DNA from: an uncultured Alphaproteobacteria bacterium
GTDB taxonomy: Bacteria > Pseudomonadota > Alphaproteobacteria > Paracaedibacterales > CAITNM01
Assembly (NCBI GenBank): GCA_903893805.1
Contig: CAITNM010000011.1
Span: forward strand, 32,081 to 96,080
Length of the DNA stretch: 64,000 bases
Direction of reading: 5' to 3'
Made by a program: the position numbers and the translations under genes
Notes under the pieces: generated by a model
Told to the model about the DNA's origin: nothing
Seen by the model: the letters and a program-made list of their open reading frames with translations, nothing else
Databases searched by the model: none
Part shown: positions 1-10,017 of the stretch, one piece after another
Layout: each line of letters starts with the position of its first letter
Numbering within the stretch: position 1 is the first letter of the stretch

Positions 1-988
1 AAGCAGCATTACCAAACATCTTAGATGCAGCGGAAACTCCATTACTTGTAACTGCAGTCACTATAGGTGCAAGTAATGCCGTACCGCCTGCAACAGCAGC
101 ATCTACCGGAGATGGAGGCGAAGAAACTTGTTGAGGGAATTTTTGCAAAGCTTCTGTTTTTAAATCACGACGTAAACCACCTGCAGCCATTGGAGCCATT
201 GGATCAGAAGAATCTTGTAGCTTATTAAAAAATTTTAATAAATCTTTATATCTCTCTTGCTGGTCTGCATCTCGCATCCTAGCATCTGATAATTCATCTG
301 CAAGCTCTGATAAAATTGCTATATCAGCATTATCATCTTTTGATTTTTTTTGCTTATCGCGCAACCCATCAAGTCTGGCCTGAACCTTTTGAAGAAGCGA
401 TTGTGGAGCAGCTACTACGACAGGTGTTGGCGGAGCACTAACAGCAGCCTTCTTTTTTCCCGATCCTAATAAGACCTGTCCTCCTCCTGCAAAAGGATTG
501 TTTCCACCACCAAAGTTCATTCCGCCTCCAGCAGAAGCTGAAGAAGGAAAACCAAATGGTAATGGCATAGAAGCAACAGGGGATGAAGACACCGATGCAA
601 CAGCTTCTTGGGCAGCAACACCTAAAACACTGTGTCCTGAATTTTGATATCCATCATAACGAGCAAAATCATGAAATGAGAGTGCATCAAATGCATCTGC
701 TTTAGCTTGATCGATACCTGCAATCGCTCTGCGTCCTCTGGGAGATTTTTTACCATATAGAGTTTCATAAATATAGCGTGACTCAGAATTTTCCCCTGTT
801 GAGTCAATTCGGTTTCCCAATAAACCAGCAATATAAGGTACTTCAGGTGCTGGTTGTGTTGCGCCTAAATCCCCTGCTTGGTAAATAAGCGCATGAAATT
901 GATCTTGAATGGCTTTAAGGTTAGCAAAGCCACTGCCATGCACAAAAGAGCTAAGGCACAAGGCAATTAAAGATAGATATTTTTTCAT
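1..988 (-). CDS. Hypothetical secreted protein, truncated by the window edge
   Basis: Absent from the ORF track because no stop falls inside the window. Manual minus-strand translation from ATG 988-986 stays open to position 2 (329 codons). It begins MKKYLSLIALCLSSFVHGSGFA (signal-peptide-like) and continues with a G/A/P/S-rich low-complexity middle. No family recognised. Confidence 0.6.
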   Translation of the reverse strand, partial: MKKYLSLIALCLSSFVHGSGFANLKAIQDQFHALIYQAGDLGATQPAPEVPYIAGLLGNRIDSTGENSESRYIYETLYGKKSPRGRRAIAGIDQAKADAFDALSFHDFARYDGYQNSGHSVLGVAAQEAVASVSSSPVASMPLPFGFPSSASAGGGMNFGGGNNPFAGGGQVLLGSGKKKAAVSAPPTPVVVAAPQSLLQKVQARLDGLRDKQKKSKDDNADIAILSELADELSDARMRDADQQERYKDLLKFFNKLQDSSDPMAPMAAGGLRRDLKTEALQKFPQQVSSPPSPVDAAVAGGTALLAPIVTAVTSNGVSAASKMFGNAA

Positions 989-1017
989 GATCATTTTCCT
1001 CATTCGCCTTCGTATTT

Positions 1018-1926
1018 TCATGACAAACCAAATTTGATTTTTAATGCACCAAATGGGACTCCGCTTATTGCCATTTTTTTGTATGAACCAAAGTCTGTTT
1101 CTTTCCCGTTTTTTGCTAAAAATTCACTTCTTGCATAATAGCCATCTTTAAACCAAGCATCATCAGCGCTACCACCTGTAGCAACAATCAGTGGTGATGG
1201 CGCTTGAGAAGTCATGCTTACAGGAGAGGGAGAGGGAGAGGAATTTGCAAGTTGAGCTGGCTGTACAGTTCCTTTTTTGGTATATTTTCTTTCGAATTCA
1301 GGACACATAGTTATTAATGCATTTGACAATGTACTTGGCCCATGACTCCTATCTAACAGTGTATAAAGTGCTTGGCACTGTTGGGGTATTTGACTAATTT
1401 CTCCTGGTTCATAAAAGCGTTCTTCCAAGAAATCATCGAATTTTAGTCCTTTGGAAGTGCGCTTAATAACTTCTTCCAAATTATTTTTGTATTGGAAAAT
1501 AGTGCCCTTATTAAATGCCAAGTTGCACAGAGCGGTAAACTCTCTATCGAAATTAGACCAGATGTCCGATTTATGCCCCCCTAAGTGAGTTTTAATCTGT
1601 TGTATGCGTGTGCAATCATCAAATCCCAGAGCATAAAAAGCGTAAGCCAACAGAACATGGAGTGTTTTTTGTGGTGTAAGATTATTAATATGCAGCATTG
1701 GTTGTTGCGTATTTCTATACAACCTGTCGGTAATACCGGCTGTGATGCAGCCATCAATCATTTGGCGAAGTTGCTCAGGAGTACCTTTTGCATCAAGAAT
1801 GCCTTTTGATCCTTGCATTAATTGCATGTAAAGGCCATTAGCGTCTTTTAAAGGCTGAGAGTCAGCAAAGCAAAGACTTTCTAATGCAAGCGTAATCACA
1901 GAAAAATAAATAAATTTTTTTAACAT
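1018..1926 (-). CDS. Hypothetical secreted protein
   Basis: 302-aa ORF. The N-terminus MLKKFIYFSVITLALESLCFA is signal-peptide-like, and there is an SPSPSP linker before a short C-terminal domain. No family recognised. Confidence 0.6.
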   Translation of the reverse strand: MLKKFIYFSVITLALESLCFADSQPLKDANGLYMQLMQGSKGILDAKGTPEQLRQMIDGCITAGITDRLYRNTQQPMLHINNLTPQKTLHVLLAYAFYALGFDDCTRIQQIKTHLGGHKSDIWSNFDREFTALCNLAFNKGTIFQYKNNLEEVIKRTSKGLKFDDFLEERFYEPGEISQIPQQCQALYTLLDRSHGPSTLSNALITMCPEFERKYTKKGTVQPAQLANSSPSPSPVSMTSQAPSPLIVATGGSADDAWFKDGYYARSEFLAKNGKETDFGSYKKMAISGVPFGALKIKFGLS

Positions 1927-1984
1927 TTTTATAGTTAATTAATACCAATTATGTACATTTTATCAAAATACAGTTAATTTTTTA

Positions 1985-2095
1985 TAAATATTTTATACTA
2001 TAGCTCTGGCCTTTGTGGTCAAGCCATAGGGAAATTGGGGCTATCTTCTCTAATTTTTCTACGACTTAATCGTAGAATCCAATAGAATCAATTAT
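1985..2095. repeat. Copy of the dispersed palindromic MITE-like intergenic element family
   Basis: The reverse complement of GGCCTTTGTGGTCAAGCCATAGGG matches CTATGGCTTGACCATAAAATCC at 33768-33790. GGGAAATTG..TATCTTCTCTA.TTTTTCTA and CGACTTAATCGTAGAATCCA match modules at 47167-47235. Confidence 0.6.
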
Positions 2096-2202
2096 GGGTT
2101 CAAGAATATTTTTAGCCTTAAGTGCATTAACACTGTCGAGAATAGCTTGATTTTTATGTTGGCATTGGCTAAGGTGCTTAGATATTAAATGGAGGAATAC
2201 CA

Positions 2203-2337
2203 ATGAAGCGCACGTATCAACCCAGTCGTTTAGTTCGTAAACGTCGTCACGGTTTTCGTGCCCGTATGGCAACAAAAAACGGCCGTAGAGTCGTTGCTGC
2301 ACGGCGCTCAAAAGGAAGAACAAGACTTTCAGCTTAA
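2203..2337 (+). CDS. rpmH: 50S ribosomal protein L34
   Basis: Below the ORF-track size cutoff. ATG 2203 and TAA 2335-2337, with GGAGG 7 nt upstream. Translation [44 protein letters not shown] is canonical L34. Confidence 0.95.
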   Translation: MKRTYQPSRLVRKRRHGFRARMATKNGRRVVAARRSKGRTRLSA

Positions 2338-2700
2338 ATGTACAGCTCAATGAAAGCGCGCAAAGACTATGTGCGCTTAAGCCGTACAGGAAAAAGATTT
2401 TTTTTTGATGGTTTTATCGCTCAAGCTTTACCAATTAGTGGTAGAGTAGGAATGATTGGTATTACTGTCACAAAAAAATTAGGCGGGTCTGTATTTCGCC
2501 ATCGAGCAAAACGTAGGCTCCATGAGACGATTAGGCTCTGGAACAAAGAGAATTCTACACCTTTTGGCTATGATATAGTTCTTGTTGCAAAAAGTAAGAT
2601 TTTTGACTTAGACTTTACAGACATTCGCAAACAATGGGATGAAATGTTAGGAAAACTAGAAAAAAGCCAGGATGGGAACCATGAAACGCTTCGTCATTAG
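2338..2700 (+). CDS. rnpA: Ribonuclease P protein component
   Basis: Basic 120-aa ORF starting at a TAAATG junction with rpmH. The SVFRHRAKRRLHE region resembles the RnpA RNR motif. It sits in the conserved rpmH-rnpA-yidD-yidC order. Confidence 0.85.
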   Translation: MYSSMKARKDYVRLSRTGKRFFFDGFIAQALPISGRVGMIGITVTKKLGGSVFRHRAKRRLHETIRLWNKENSTPFGYDIVLVAKSKIFDLDFTDIRKQWDEMLGKLEKSQDGNHETLRH

Positions 2701-3016
2701 TTGTATATATTTATATCGTTGGCTTGTGTCACCTTTTTTGCCCCCCACTTGTAGATTTACGCCGACATGTAGCCGTTACGCGATATCAGCAATAGAATGT
2801 CACGGCATGATAAAAGGACTGTGGATGACCATGAAACGATTGTTTAGATGCAATCCGTTGAATAAATCAGCTTCCCCTTATGACCCTGTTCCTGCTCCTC
2901 CATCTTCTCTCAATTCTTTTTCAGACTCAACACAAGCCGACGTAACACTCATTGATTCAATAAATCCAGCTAATTCCAGCCGTTCACAAAAATTAAAAAG
3001 AGCACATCACGCATGA
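2672..3016 (+). CDS. yidD: Membrane protein insertion efficiency factor YidD
   Basis: YRWLVSPFLPPTCRFTPTCSRYAISAIECHG is the YidD signature. The probable start is ATG 2681. It carries an unusually long S/P-rich C-terminal tail. Confidence 0.85.
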   Translation: MGTMKRFVISCIYLYRWLVSPFLPPTCRFTPTCSRYAISAIECHGMIKGLWMTMKRLFRCNPLNKSASPYDPVPAPPSSLNSFSDSTQADVTLIDSINPANSSRSQKLKRAHHA

Positions 3017-4707
3017 ATGAAAATCGTAATTTACTATTTGCCTTTGGTTTATCAATTGTTATTATGCTTGGTTTTTACCAGTTTTATGAAAAGCCTAAGT
3101 ATGAAAAAATTTCACAACAAAAGGTGTTGGAACAAGCATTAAGTGCTGCACAACCCGCGAAACAAACACAGTCAGATCTGAGCAAGCCCGCTGTAGCGAT
3201 TCCTTTGGAAGATGTTATCAACCAATCTGCAAGAATTGCAATTTCAAGCGACACAGTTCAAGGGAGCATTCGCCAAGTAGGTGCGGTGCTTGATGATGTA
3301 TTATTGGTAAAATACAAGGAAACACCAGATCAAAGCAGCCCTTTGATTCGCCTGTTGCAAAATCCAAACGGTGAAAATGGCTATAGTGTTTCAAGCGGAT
3401 GGAAAGCCGCTAATAATTGTGATGCCGGCTCAATGCCAAATAATACCACCAATTGGCAAATTCAAGGGGAGCACACAAAGCTAACTCCGAAGACACCTGT
3501 TACATTAGTTTGGTTTAACGACCGTGGTATAAAATTTGAACGCGTTCTCAGTATTGATGATCAGTACATGATGACCGTTACCGACCATGTAACCAACCAT
3601 AGTGATAAAGAAGTAAATTTACAGCCAACCGCGCAAATTTGCAGAAAAAATCCTCCAAAATCTCAAGGATTTTATATTCTCCATGAAGGACCAATTGGAC
3701 ACTTCAATACGAAATTATTCGAAGGTTCCTACGATGATCTAGCAAAAAGCCCAGTAACACAACAATCAACCGGCGGTTGGATTGGCTTTACTGATAAGTT
3801 TTGGTTGGTAAGCTTAATTCCTGATCCGAAATCTGTTGTGCAGGTTGATTATGCTCATCAAAAAGAAGCATATACAGCGCAATTCACGGCAGCTTCAATT
3901 CTTGTAAAACCCGGTGAAGTGTCAACATACACATACCATGTGTTTGCAGGTGCAAAAGTTCTGCGCATGCTAGATGGTTATGAATCTAAAGTAGGCGTTG
4001 AACACTTTGACTTAGCTGTTGATTTTGGCTGGTTCTATTTCCTAACAAAACCATTGTTCTATGTCTTGGAATATTTGCATGAATTTTTAGGCAACCTAGG
4101 CTTAGCAATTTTGGCATTAACCATATTATTCAAGTTGCTTTTGTTCCCTATGGCTACAAAATCATACCGTTCGATGGCAAGACTTAAGCACTTACAACCA
4201 AAGATTCAGCAAATTCAAAGCGTGTACAAAAATGACCGTGCTCGTTTAAGCCAAGAATTGATGGCGTTGTATAAAAAAGAAAAAGTGAACCCGGCTGGTG
4301 GGTGTTTGCCCGTGCTAATTCAGGCTCCGATATTCTTTTGTTTGTACAAAGTATTATTTGTCAGCATTGAAATGCGCCATGCACCATTTTTTGGATGGAT
4401 TCATGATCTATCAGCCCCAGACCCAACGTCATTTGCGAACTTGTTTGGATTGTTACCATTTGACGCGCCATCATTCTTGCAAATTGGTATTTGGCCATTG
4501 CTAATGGGCGCTACTATGGTGATTCAGCAACGCATGAATCCACAACCAGCCGACCCTACCCAGGCAAAAGTCATGATGATCATGCCGATTATGTTCACTT
4601 ATCTATTTGCAAGCTTCCCAGCTGGACTAGTAGTGTACTGGACATGGAACAACCTTTTATCGATGGCACAACAGTGGTTTATAACCAAACGAATGACCCA
4701 AAAGTAG
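3013..4707 (+). CDS. yidC: Membrane protein insertase YidC
   Basis: 564 aa with one N-terminal TM, a large periplasmic domain and the conserved C-terminal core (LFPMATKSYRSMARLKHLQPKIQQIQ, CLPVLIQAPIFFCLY). Confidence 0.95.
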   Translation: MNENRNLLFAFGLSIVIMLGFYQFYEKPKYEKISQQKVLEQALSAAQPAKQTQSDLSKPAVAIPLEDVINQSARIAISSDTVQGSIRQVGAVLDDVLLVKYKETPDQSSPLIRLLQNPNGENGYSVSSGWKAANNCDAGSMPNNTTNWQIQGEHTKLTPKTPVTLVWFNDRGIKFERVLSIDDQYMMTVTDHVTNHSDKEVNLQPTAQICRKNPPKSQGFYILHEGPIGHFNTKLFEGSYDDLAKSPVTQQSTGGWIGFTDKFWLVSLIPDPKSVVQVDYAHQKEAYTAQFTAASILVKPGEVSTYTYHVFAGAKVLRMLDGYESKVGVEHFDLAVDFGWFYFLTKPLFYVLEYLHEFLGNLGLAILALTILFKLLLFPMATKSYRSMARLKHLQPKIQQIQSVYKNDRARLSQELMALYKKEKVNPAGGCLPVLIQAPIFFCLYKVLFVSIEMRHAPFFGWIHDLSAPDPTSFANLFGLLPFDAPSFLQIGIWPLLMGATMVIQQRMNPQPADPTQAKVMMIMPIMFTYLFASFPAGLVVYWTWNNLLSMAQQWFITKRMTQK

Positions 4708-5306
4708 TCCAGGCTGCCAAGACTTTATTTAAGAATCCCTGCACATTCGTGGCAGGGGTTCCTGACATGAAATTTATGCGACAGTTTCCCTTCCCAGAAG
4801 TAGCCTTTTGGGGACGGTCTAATGTAGGTAAATCAAGCCTACTCAATGCATTAATTGGCACTACGATTGCTAGAACATCAAATACTCCTGGACGAACCCA
4901 GCAGCTGAATTTCTTTAATTTAGGAGATAGGCTGATGTTGGTCGATATGCCAGGATATGGTTTTGCCAATGTCCCATTGAAATTGAAATATCAGTGGGAA
5001 GACCTAATATCAGCATACCTTAATGAGCGTGATCAGCTAAAGCGTGTATTTCTATTGATAGACGCACGCCACGGATTCAAGAAAAATGATATTGAGATCA
5101 TGACTTACCTTGATGAACTGGGTTGTATTTTTCAAATATTGGTTACCAAATCTGATAAAATCCCCCTAGCCTCTCATGCAAATTTAAAAGCGACCATGGA
5201 AGAAGAGCTGACTAAACATTCAGCAGCTCGGCCTGAGGTCATTTTAACGTCGGCTGAGCGTAAAATGGGCATTCACGAGCTGCAACAACACATTGTAGCG
5301 CTTTAG
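4674..5306 (+). CDS. engB: Ribosome biogenesis GTPase EngB/YihA
   Basis: Motifs GRSNVGKSSLLNAL (G1), DMPGYG and TKSDK. The ORF-track start 4491 lies inside yidC. GTG 4674 gives an N-terminus (..LFKNPCTFVAGV..FPFPEVAF) of the length typical of alphaproteobacterial EngB. ATG 4767 is the alternative start. Confidence 0.85.
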   Translation: MVYNQTNDPKVVQAAKTLFKNPCTFVAGVPDMKFMRQFPFPEVAFWGRSNVGKSSLLNALIGTTIARTSNTPGRTQQLNFFNLGDRLMLVDMPGYGFANVPLKLKYQWEDLISAYLNERDQLKRVFLLIDARHGFKKNDIEIMTYLDELGCIFQILVTKSDKIPLASHANLKATMEEELTKHSAARPEVILTSAERKMGIHELQQHIVAL

Positions 5307-5320
5307 AACACACTATAGCT

Positions 5321-6226
5321 TTAAAAGAGATACTTTTTAATAAAATTCTTTACTGGAGTCCATATTACATAGTAAAGGAATGGCTTCAGAGTGCGATCAT
5401 ACCATAAGAATAATTTATGGTCAGAGTCGAATTCTAACTTTCCTCGCTTGAAGGAAATCCCCATATTAATAACACTCTCGAAGTTCTGAGAATTTAAATA
5501 TCCCATTTGAACCATATTCAAATACTCTACTGGCTGATTCTCAAATACAGTCAAAAATTTTCCGTAAAGTCCTTGGCTTCTTTGAGTCCCTGGAATCTCA
5601 AATTCCCAAATACTTTCTCCGGACTTTAGAGTATGAGCCATATCCTTTGTGCGCCATATACAAGGGAATAACGATGTTCTCCAAGGCTCGTAACGATCTT
5701 TTTCAGCAATTCCAGAATGCACTTCATGGTTTTTTCTAACAAGTTTATCAACATGATCATAAGCAACTTGACAATATGCAACATCCTCTGATTTCACAAA
5801 ATTGAAAATTTCAAGCAGTCTTTTCTCATCAATACGTGTGAAGAAATAGTCTTCTAAAATAATCCAAACATATTTAGTTTTAACAGAAGCCAGAACTGCT
5901 AATGCGTTGTCTGACCAGCTTTTTTCATTTTTGTTGTTAACGGTTATCACTCTTGGATCGTCATATTTTTTAGCATTAGCTACAAGGTATATAGGAATCT
6001 GAGCATTGGTAGTTTTAAGAGAAGGCCAGCTCTTAAAAAGCATTTCAAAAAATGGCGACCACAACTCTTGATATTTATCGCATGAAAAGACGATGATACT
6101 AAGATCGTCAAAAGGAACGCCTTCGCTTAAAGCAATTTCATTCGTTGAAACATTTGGGGTAATCTGACTAGCTTCAACGTAGCAAGCCTGAATAATTAAA
6201 TAGAAAAAAATACTTATGATTTTCAA
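5321..6226 (-). CDS. Hypothetical protein with signal-peptide-like N-terminus (possibly glycosyltransferase-like, unverified)
   Basis: 301-aa ORF starting MKIISIFFYLIIQACYVEA. The IVFSCDKYQELW...WIILEDYFF pattern loosely resembles nucleotide-sugar transferase folds. No confident family call. Confidence 0.5.
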   Translation of the reverse strand: MKIISIFFYLIIQACYVEASQITPNVSTNEIALSEGVPFDDLSIIVFSCDKYQELWSPFFEMLFKSWPSLKTTNAQIPIYLVANAKKYDDPRVITVNNKNEKSWSDNALAVLASVKTKYVWIILEDYFFTRIDEKRLLEIFNFVKSEDVAYCQVAYDHVDKLVRKNHEVHSGIAEKDRYEPWRTSLFPCIWRTKDMAHTLKSGESIWEFEIPGTQRSQGLYGKFLTVFENQPVEYLNMVQMGYLNSQNFESVINMGISFKRGKLEFDSDHKLFLWYDRTLKPFLYYVIWTPVKNFIKKYLF

Positions 6227-6296
6227 AATAAAACTCTAAATTTTTAGTAATAACAGTTATTCGTAACATGTTTATCGTTGTGCAACAACAGTACTT

Positions 6297-7181
6297 TTAT
6301 GACCTTTTCCCCAAAAACTCTTCCATAATTTCTAGCCATTCTATGGGTTGTTCAATATAAGGGAAATGGCCGCAGTTTTTAAGCACTACCAGCTTTGACC
6401 CTTTTATAACATCTGCCATGTTTTTTGAAGCACTAAAAGGTATCACATCGCTGTCGCCGCCAATAATCAGAGTAGGGATTTTTAGCTTTTGCAAATCGTC
6501 GTGCTGATCAGTGTATTTTACAAATATAGATTCTTCTAAAATTTTAGCGACTTTCATGCCGGTTGCAGCACCTTTGGGGTCTAGTTGTAAATTCAATTTT
6601 TCAAGGCCAGCTGGATTGTAAAAATAATATTGGAAAAACAACCGATAATATTGGGCAATGGCCAGAGGATCGCTGTCTATAAATTCCTGAGACGCCTTTA
6701 ATTTTTCAAACTCATCAGCACTTGGTTGAGTGCGTTTTTCAACTTCTTCAAGAAAATCACGTATACTTGAAGATGCTACAGTATTCATGAGCACAAGTTT
6801 TTTGATATTTTTGGGATACTTAACCGCATAATGCATGGCAAGCATTCCACCCCACGAATGTCCAACAATGGTAACTTTTTCAAACTTCAGTGCCTTACGA
6901 AGGGTTTCAATATCTTCAACGAAGCTATTAATAGTAATATGGCTCTCGTCAATCACTGTGGCGGTCGACCTTCCACAACCAAGCTGGTCATAAAACACTA
7001 CCTGGTGCTTTTTAGCCAACGCTGCCATACCCGGCAATAGGTAGCCTTGGTCCATTCCAGGCCCACCGTGGATAACAATTACCGGATCACCCTGCCCCAT
7101 TGTTTGGTAATACAGCTGCCCGTTTTCGGTTTTAACAAAGCCCTCTTTTAACGGGATGTTCGGTAGTTGATAGGTTGACAA
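6297..7181 (-). CDS. Alpha/beta hydrolase, proline iminopeptidase-like
   Basis: HGGPG oxyanion motif, GHSWGG nucleophile elbow and a C-terminal CGHFPY histidine. Confidence 0.8.
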   Translation of the reverse strand: MSTYQLPNIPLKEGFVKTENGQLYYQTMGQGDPVIVIHGGPGMDQGYLLPGMAALAKKHQVVFYDQLGCGRSTATVIDESHITINSFVEDIETLRKALKFEKVTIVGHSWGGMLAMHYAVKYPKNIKKLVLMNTVASSSIRDFLEEVEKRTQPSADEFEKLKASQEFIDSDPLAIAQYYRLFFQYYFYNPAGLEKLNLQLDPKGAATGMKVAKILEESIFVKYTDQHDDLQKLKIPTLIIGGDSDVIPFSASKNMADVIKGSKLVVLKNCGHFPYIEQPIEWLEIMEEFLGKRS

Positions 7182-7242
7182 ATTCTGAGCACAACCCGCT
7201 AAAATTAAACAATTGCTAGAGCAAAAAAATGCATTTTATTTC

Positions 7243-8433
7243 CTACAATTCAAGGGCAATTGCGGTCGCTTCACCACCGCCAATGCACGCCACGGCAATG
7301 CCACGCTTCAAGTTTTTCTGACGCATGATATTAATAAGCGTCACCATAATACGCGCCCCACTGGCACCAATTGGGTGACCCAAAGCACAGGCACCACCGA
7401 ACATGTTCACTTTTGCGCGAGGAATATTCAAGGCTTTCATCGCCGCCATGGGCACCACGGCAAAGGCTTCGTTAATTTCAAAGGCAGCCACCGAATCAAT
7501 TGACCAACTTAGCGCTGCGCACAATTTTTCAATTGCACCAACTGGCGCTGTCGTGAACGTTTCTGGGGTTTGCGCATATGATGTATATCCCACAATTTTA
7601 GCCAACGCCCCGGTTGTATTGGTTGATAGCACCAACGCCGCAGCACCGTCTGCCAATGATGAACTAGTGGCAGCCGTCACGGTGCCATCAGCCTTAAAGG
7701 CTGGCCTTAGGGCACCAAACTTATCGGGCTTTACTTTGGTAATGGGTTCGTCCTGGTCAAAAGTAGTTTCGCCTTTTTTGTCAGTAAAAATAACGGGAGT
7801 AATTTCAGCTTGAAAGGCCCCAGCTGCTTGTGCCGCCAGTGCGTTTTCATAAGTTTGGCGGGCGAAGTCTTCTTGGTTCTCACGGCTAAACCCATAGGCA
7901 GCGGCCGTATCATCCGCAAAAGTACCCATGGCGCAGCGCCCCCCTTGGGGGTTTTTGTGAAAAGCATCTTCCAAACCATCGTTCAGCATTAAATCAAGCA
8001 ATGCTCCGTGACCAAACCGGTACCCAGAGCGTGCCTTTTCCAATGCATATGGTGCATTGGTCATGCTTTCCATACCGCCGGCAATGGCAGTTTGAATATT
8101 GCCTAGGCGCAAACTATCGCAGGCGAACATCACCGCGCGCATGCCCGACCCACACACCTTATTAATAGTCGTCGTGGGCACGTTGTGATTAAGCCCCGCT
8201 TTGATAGACGCTTGACGCGCCGGAGCTTGCCCCAACCCCGCCTGCAACACACAGCCCATGAACACTTCATCAACCGTTTGCAAACCTGCCGCCTTCATAG
8301 CAGCACGCAATGCAAAACCACCCAGGTCAGTTGCGGAATAGGAACTGAATTGCCCCTGGAATGCACCAATTGCGGTGCGTGTAGCTGCGTGTATGCCTAT
8401 CATTGCATTGTCCTTTTTAGTTTTGGATGACAC
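7243..8433 (-). CDS. Acetyl-CoA acetyltransferase (thiolase II)
   Basis: NKVCGSGMRAV active-site Cys loop, NEAFA, and the GGGEATAIALEL C-terminus. The likely true start is the second Met (8403). The many overlapping ORFs on both strands are shadows of this gene. Confidence 0.95.
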   Translation of the reverse strand: MSSKTKKDNAMIGIHAATRTAIGAFQGQFSSYSATDLGGFALRAAMKAAGLQTVDEVFMGCVLQAGLGQAPARQASIKAGLNHNVPTTTINKVCGSGMRAVMFACDSLRLGNIQTAIAGGMESMTNAPYALEKARSGYRFGHGALLDLMLNDGLEDAFHKNPQGGRCAMGTFADDTAAAYGFSRENQEDFARQTYENALAAQAAGAFQAEITPVIFTDKKGETTFDQDEPITKVKPDKFGALRPAFKADGTVTAATSSSLADGAAALVLSTNTTGALAKIVGYTSYAQTPETFTTAPVGAIEKLCAALSWSIDSVAAFEINEAFAVVPMAAMKALNIPRAKVNMFGGACALGHPIGASGARIMVTLINIMRQKNLKRGIAVACIGGGEATAIALEL

Positions 8434-8520
8434 GCCTCCTCCGTCTTCATGAGGACTCCAGCGAAGGCTGGAGGACGTAATGATCCAGTGAGTAATATCA
8501 TTAAATTCTTAAAAACGAGT
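8434..8520. repeat. Copy of the dispersed palindromic element family
   Basis: TCATGAGGACTCCAGCGAAGGCTGGAGGACGTAATGATCCAGTGAG contains the palindrome CTCCAGC/GCTGGAG and the GTAATGA(T/A)CCAGTGA module also seen at 33684-33698. Confidence 0.55.
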
Positions 8521-8591
8521 ATTTCGTAAAAAGGTGTTTTGAGCAAGAGGAGCAACAAGAGGATGAGCGTACAGGCCTAACAAACGCTTCA

Positions 8592-9224
8592 CTACAAATC
8601 ATCATCAGAATCATTGAAGCTTTGCGCAGAAACAGCATAGATTAAAATAGCGGGAGCAACCAATTGGTGTTGCACAACGAAATTTCTTTTTAATGAGTCA
8701 GTTGCATTAGCATCTTCTAAGTGATCAGCTAGGTAAAAAAGGACACTTAAATAGTCATTCGCATTTTCTGACCGAACTAATTCGTCAAATGCCCTCTTAT
8801 ATATTAAGCGACGGACCTTACTGTCAGCAGGCAAAGGAATTTGCTTGATAAAATTAATACCACGCTGGCATTTCACAGCCTCAACATATGCCGCTTCTGC
8901 ACCTTGATCATTTGGCAGAAAAGCGTTTGAATCATATCTTACAATACAGCAAAAGTGTGTACGTAATCTTGGCTCACAGAACCCATTGTAAAGCTCTATA
9001 TCACCATATATGGCGCACGCTTTTATAGCTAAATTAACACCTTTTTGTGTTGCCTTTAGCGAATCTTGTTCAGTGATTATTATACTTAATACAACTTGTT
9101 CATCATGGTTATCAAGTGCAACCCTAAGCCTTTGATAGGCATTTTCAGGATCGACTTCTGGCAATATCTGAGCTGCCACCAACAAAGAAAATGAAACAAA
9201 AAAAAATCTAGTTAATAAAAACAT
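8592..9224 (-). CDS. Hypothetical secreted protein, tandem paralog 1
   Basis: 210 aa. The N-terminus MFLLTRFFFVSFSLLVAAQILPEVDPENAYQRLRVAL is nearly identical to that of the neighbouring ORF. Confidence 0.65.
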   Translation of the reverse strand: MFLLTRFFFVSFSLLVAAQILPEVDPENAYQRLRVALDNHDEQVVLSIIITEQDSLKATQKGVNLAIKACAIYGDIELYNGFCEPRLRTHFCCIVRYDSNAFLPNDQGAEAAYVEAVKCQRGINFIKQIPLPADSKVRRLIYKRAFDELVRSENANDYLSVLFYLADHLEDANATDSLKRNFVVQHQLVAPAILIYAVSAQSFNDSDDDL

Positions 9225-9312
9225 ATATGCTGTTATTTTAAAATAATCAGCAATTATAAATCAAAAAATTCAAATTATCTATGGCTTTCACATACTAGAA
9301 TTCTAGTTGATT

Positions 9313-9963
9313 TTAGCCCTCAATAGGCATAAAGGCATATTCATGTTTGATACTTTCGTCAGTACGCACACCCCAATGGCGGGGCAACTCAAACAAGCCT
9401 AGTTTTTCAGCAAACTTTTTAGTTTCTTCGTCAAAGACAGTTTTTTTCATGCAAACAGCTAAGTAGTTCAAACAATCAAATTTTCCTGAGCTTTCTTCAG
9501 ACAGCTCATCACTTATCTTGACCCCAACTCTTTTAATAACCGAACATAATATTTTTGTATCGTATAGTAAAAAATGATAATCATCAATGCAATGATAGGT
9601 ACGGGATTCAAGAATTTCTACAAGTGCATCTTCAATTGCTTTGGAATCTGGAATGTAAAAATTTGAGTCAACATATGGAACACAACACATTGAAGTACGA
9701 AGCTTTGGTTGCATATAACTACTAAAAAGTACTTCATTATCGAAACGAGCACACGCTAAAAGTGCCAAATTAGCGCCGTCTTGTGTTGATCGTAGTGATT
9801 TTTTTTCAGCACGAAGTAGATATTTTACTGTTGCAGCTTCATTGTGTGTAAGCGCTACACCTAACTTTTGATAGGCATCTCCAGGATCAACTTCTGGTAA
9901 TATCTGAGCTGCCACCAACAAAGAAAAAAAAGAAACACAAAAAAATCTAATTACTGAAAACAT
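9313..9963 (-). CDS. Hypothetical secreted protein, tandem paralog 2
   Basis: 216 aa starting MFSVIRFFCVSFFSLLVAAQILPEVDPGDAYQKLGVAL. It shares cysteine spacing (LRT..CC) with 8592..9224. The upstream regions are also similar. Confidence 0.65.
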   Translation of the reverse strand: MFSVIRFFCVSFFSLLVAAQILPEVDPGDAYQKLGVALTHNEAATVKYLLRAEKKSLRSTQDGANLALLACARFDNEVLFSSYMQPKLRTSMCCVPYVDSNFYIPDSKAIEDALVEILESRTYHCIDDYHFLLYDTKILCSVIKRVGVKISDELSEESSGKFDCLNYLAVCMKKTVFDEETKKFAEKLGLFELPRHWGVRTDESIKHEYAFMPIEG

Positions 9964-10017
9964 ATACGTTTGAATTTTGAAATAATTCGCAACTATAAAC
10001 CAAAGATTTAAAATTAT

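Noticed and set aside
622-831. 69-aa ORF from the track on the minus strand
   Set aside because: It lies in a different frame inside the much longer edge-truncated ORF 1..988, which is open for 329 codons and has a proper ATG and a signal-like start. It is treated as a shadow ORF.
4491-4673. N-terminal 61 aa of the track ORF for engB
   Set aside because: It overlaps the 3' end of yidC in another frame and has no EngB-like sequence. EngB homology starts just after GTG 4674.
7213-8430. Five overlapping ORFs (7213..7503+, 7403..7813+, 7731..7979-, 7810..7992+, 8185..8430+)
   Set aside because: All lie within the strongly supported thiolase gene, which is locally more GC-rich. Their translations are low-complexity or R/H-rich, as is typical of off-frame shadows.
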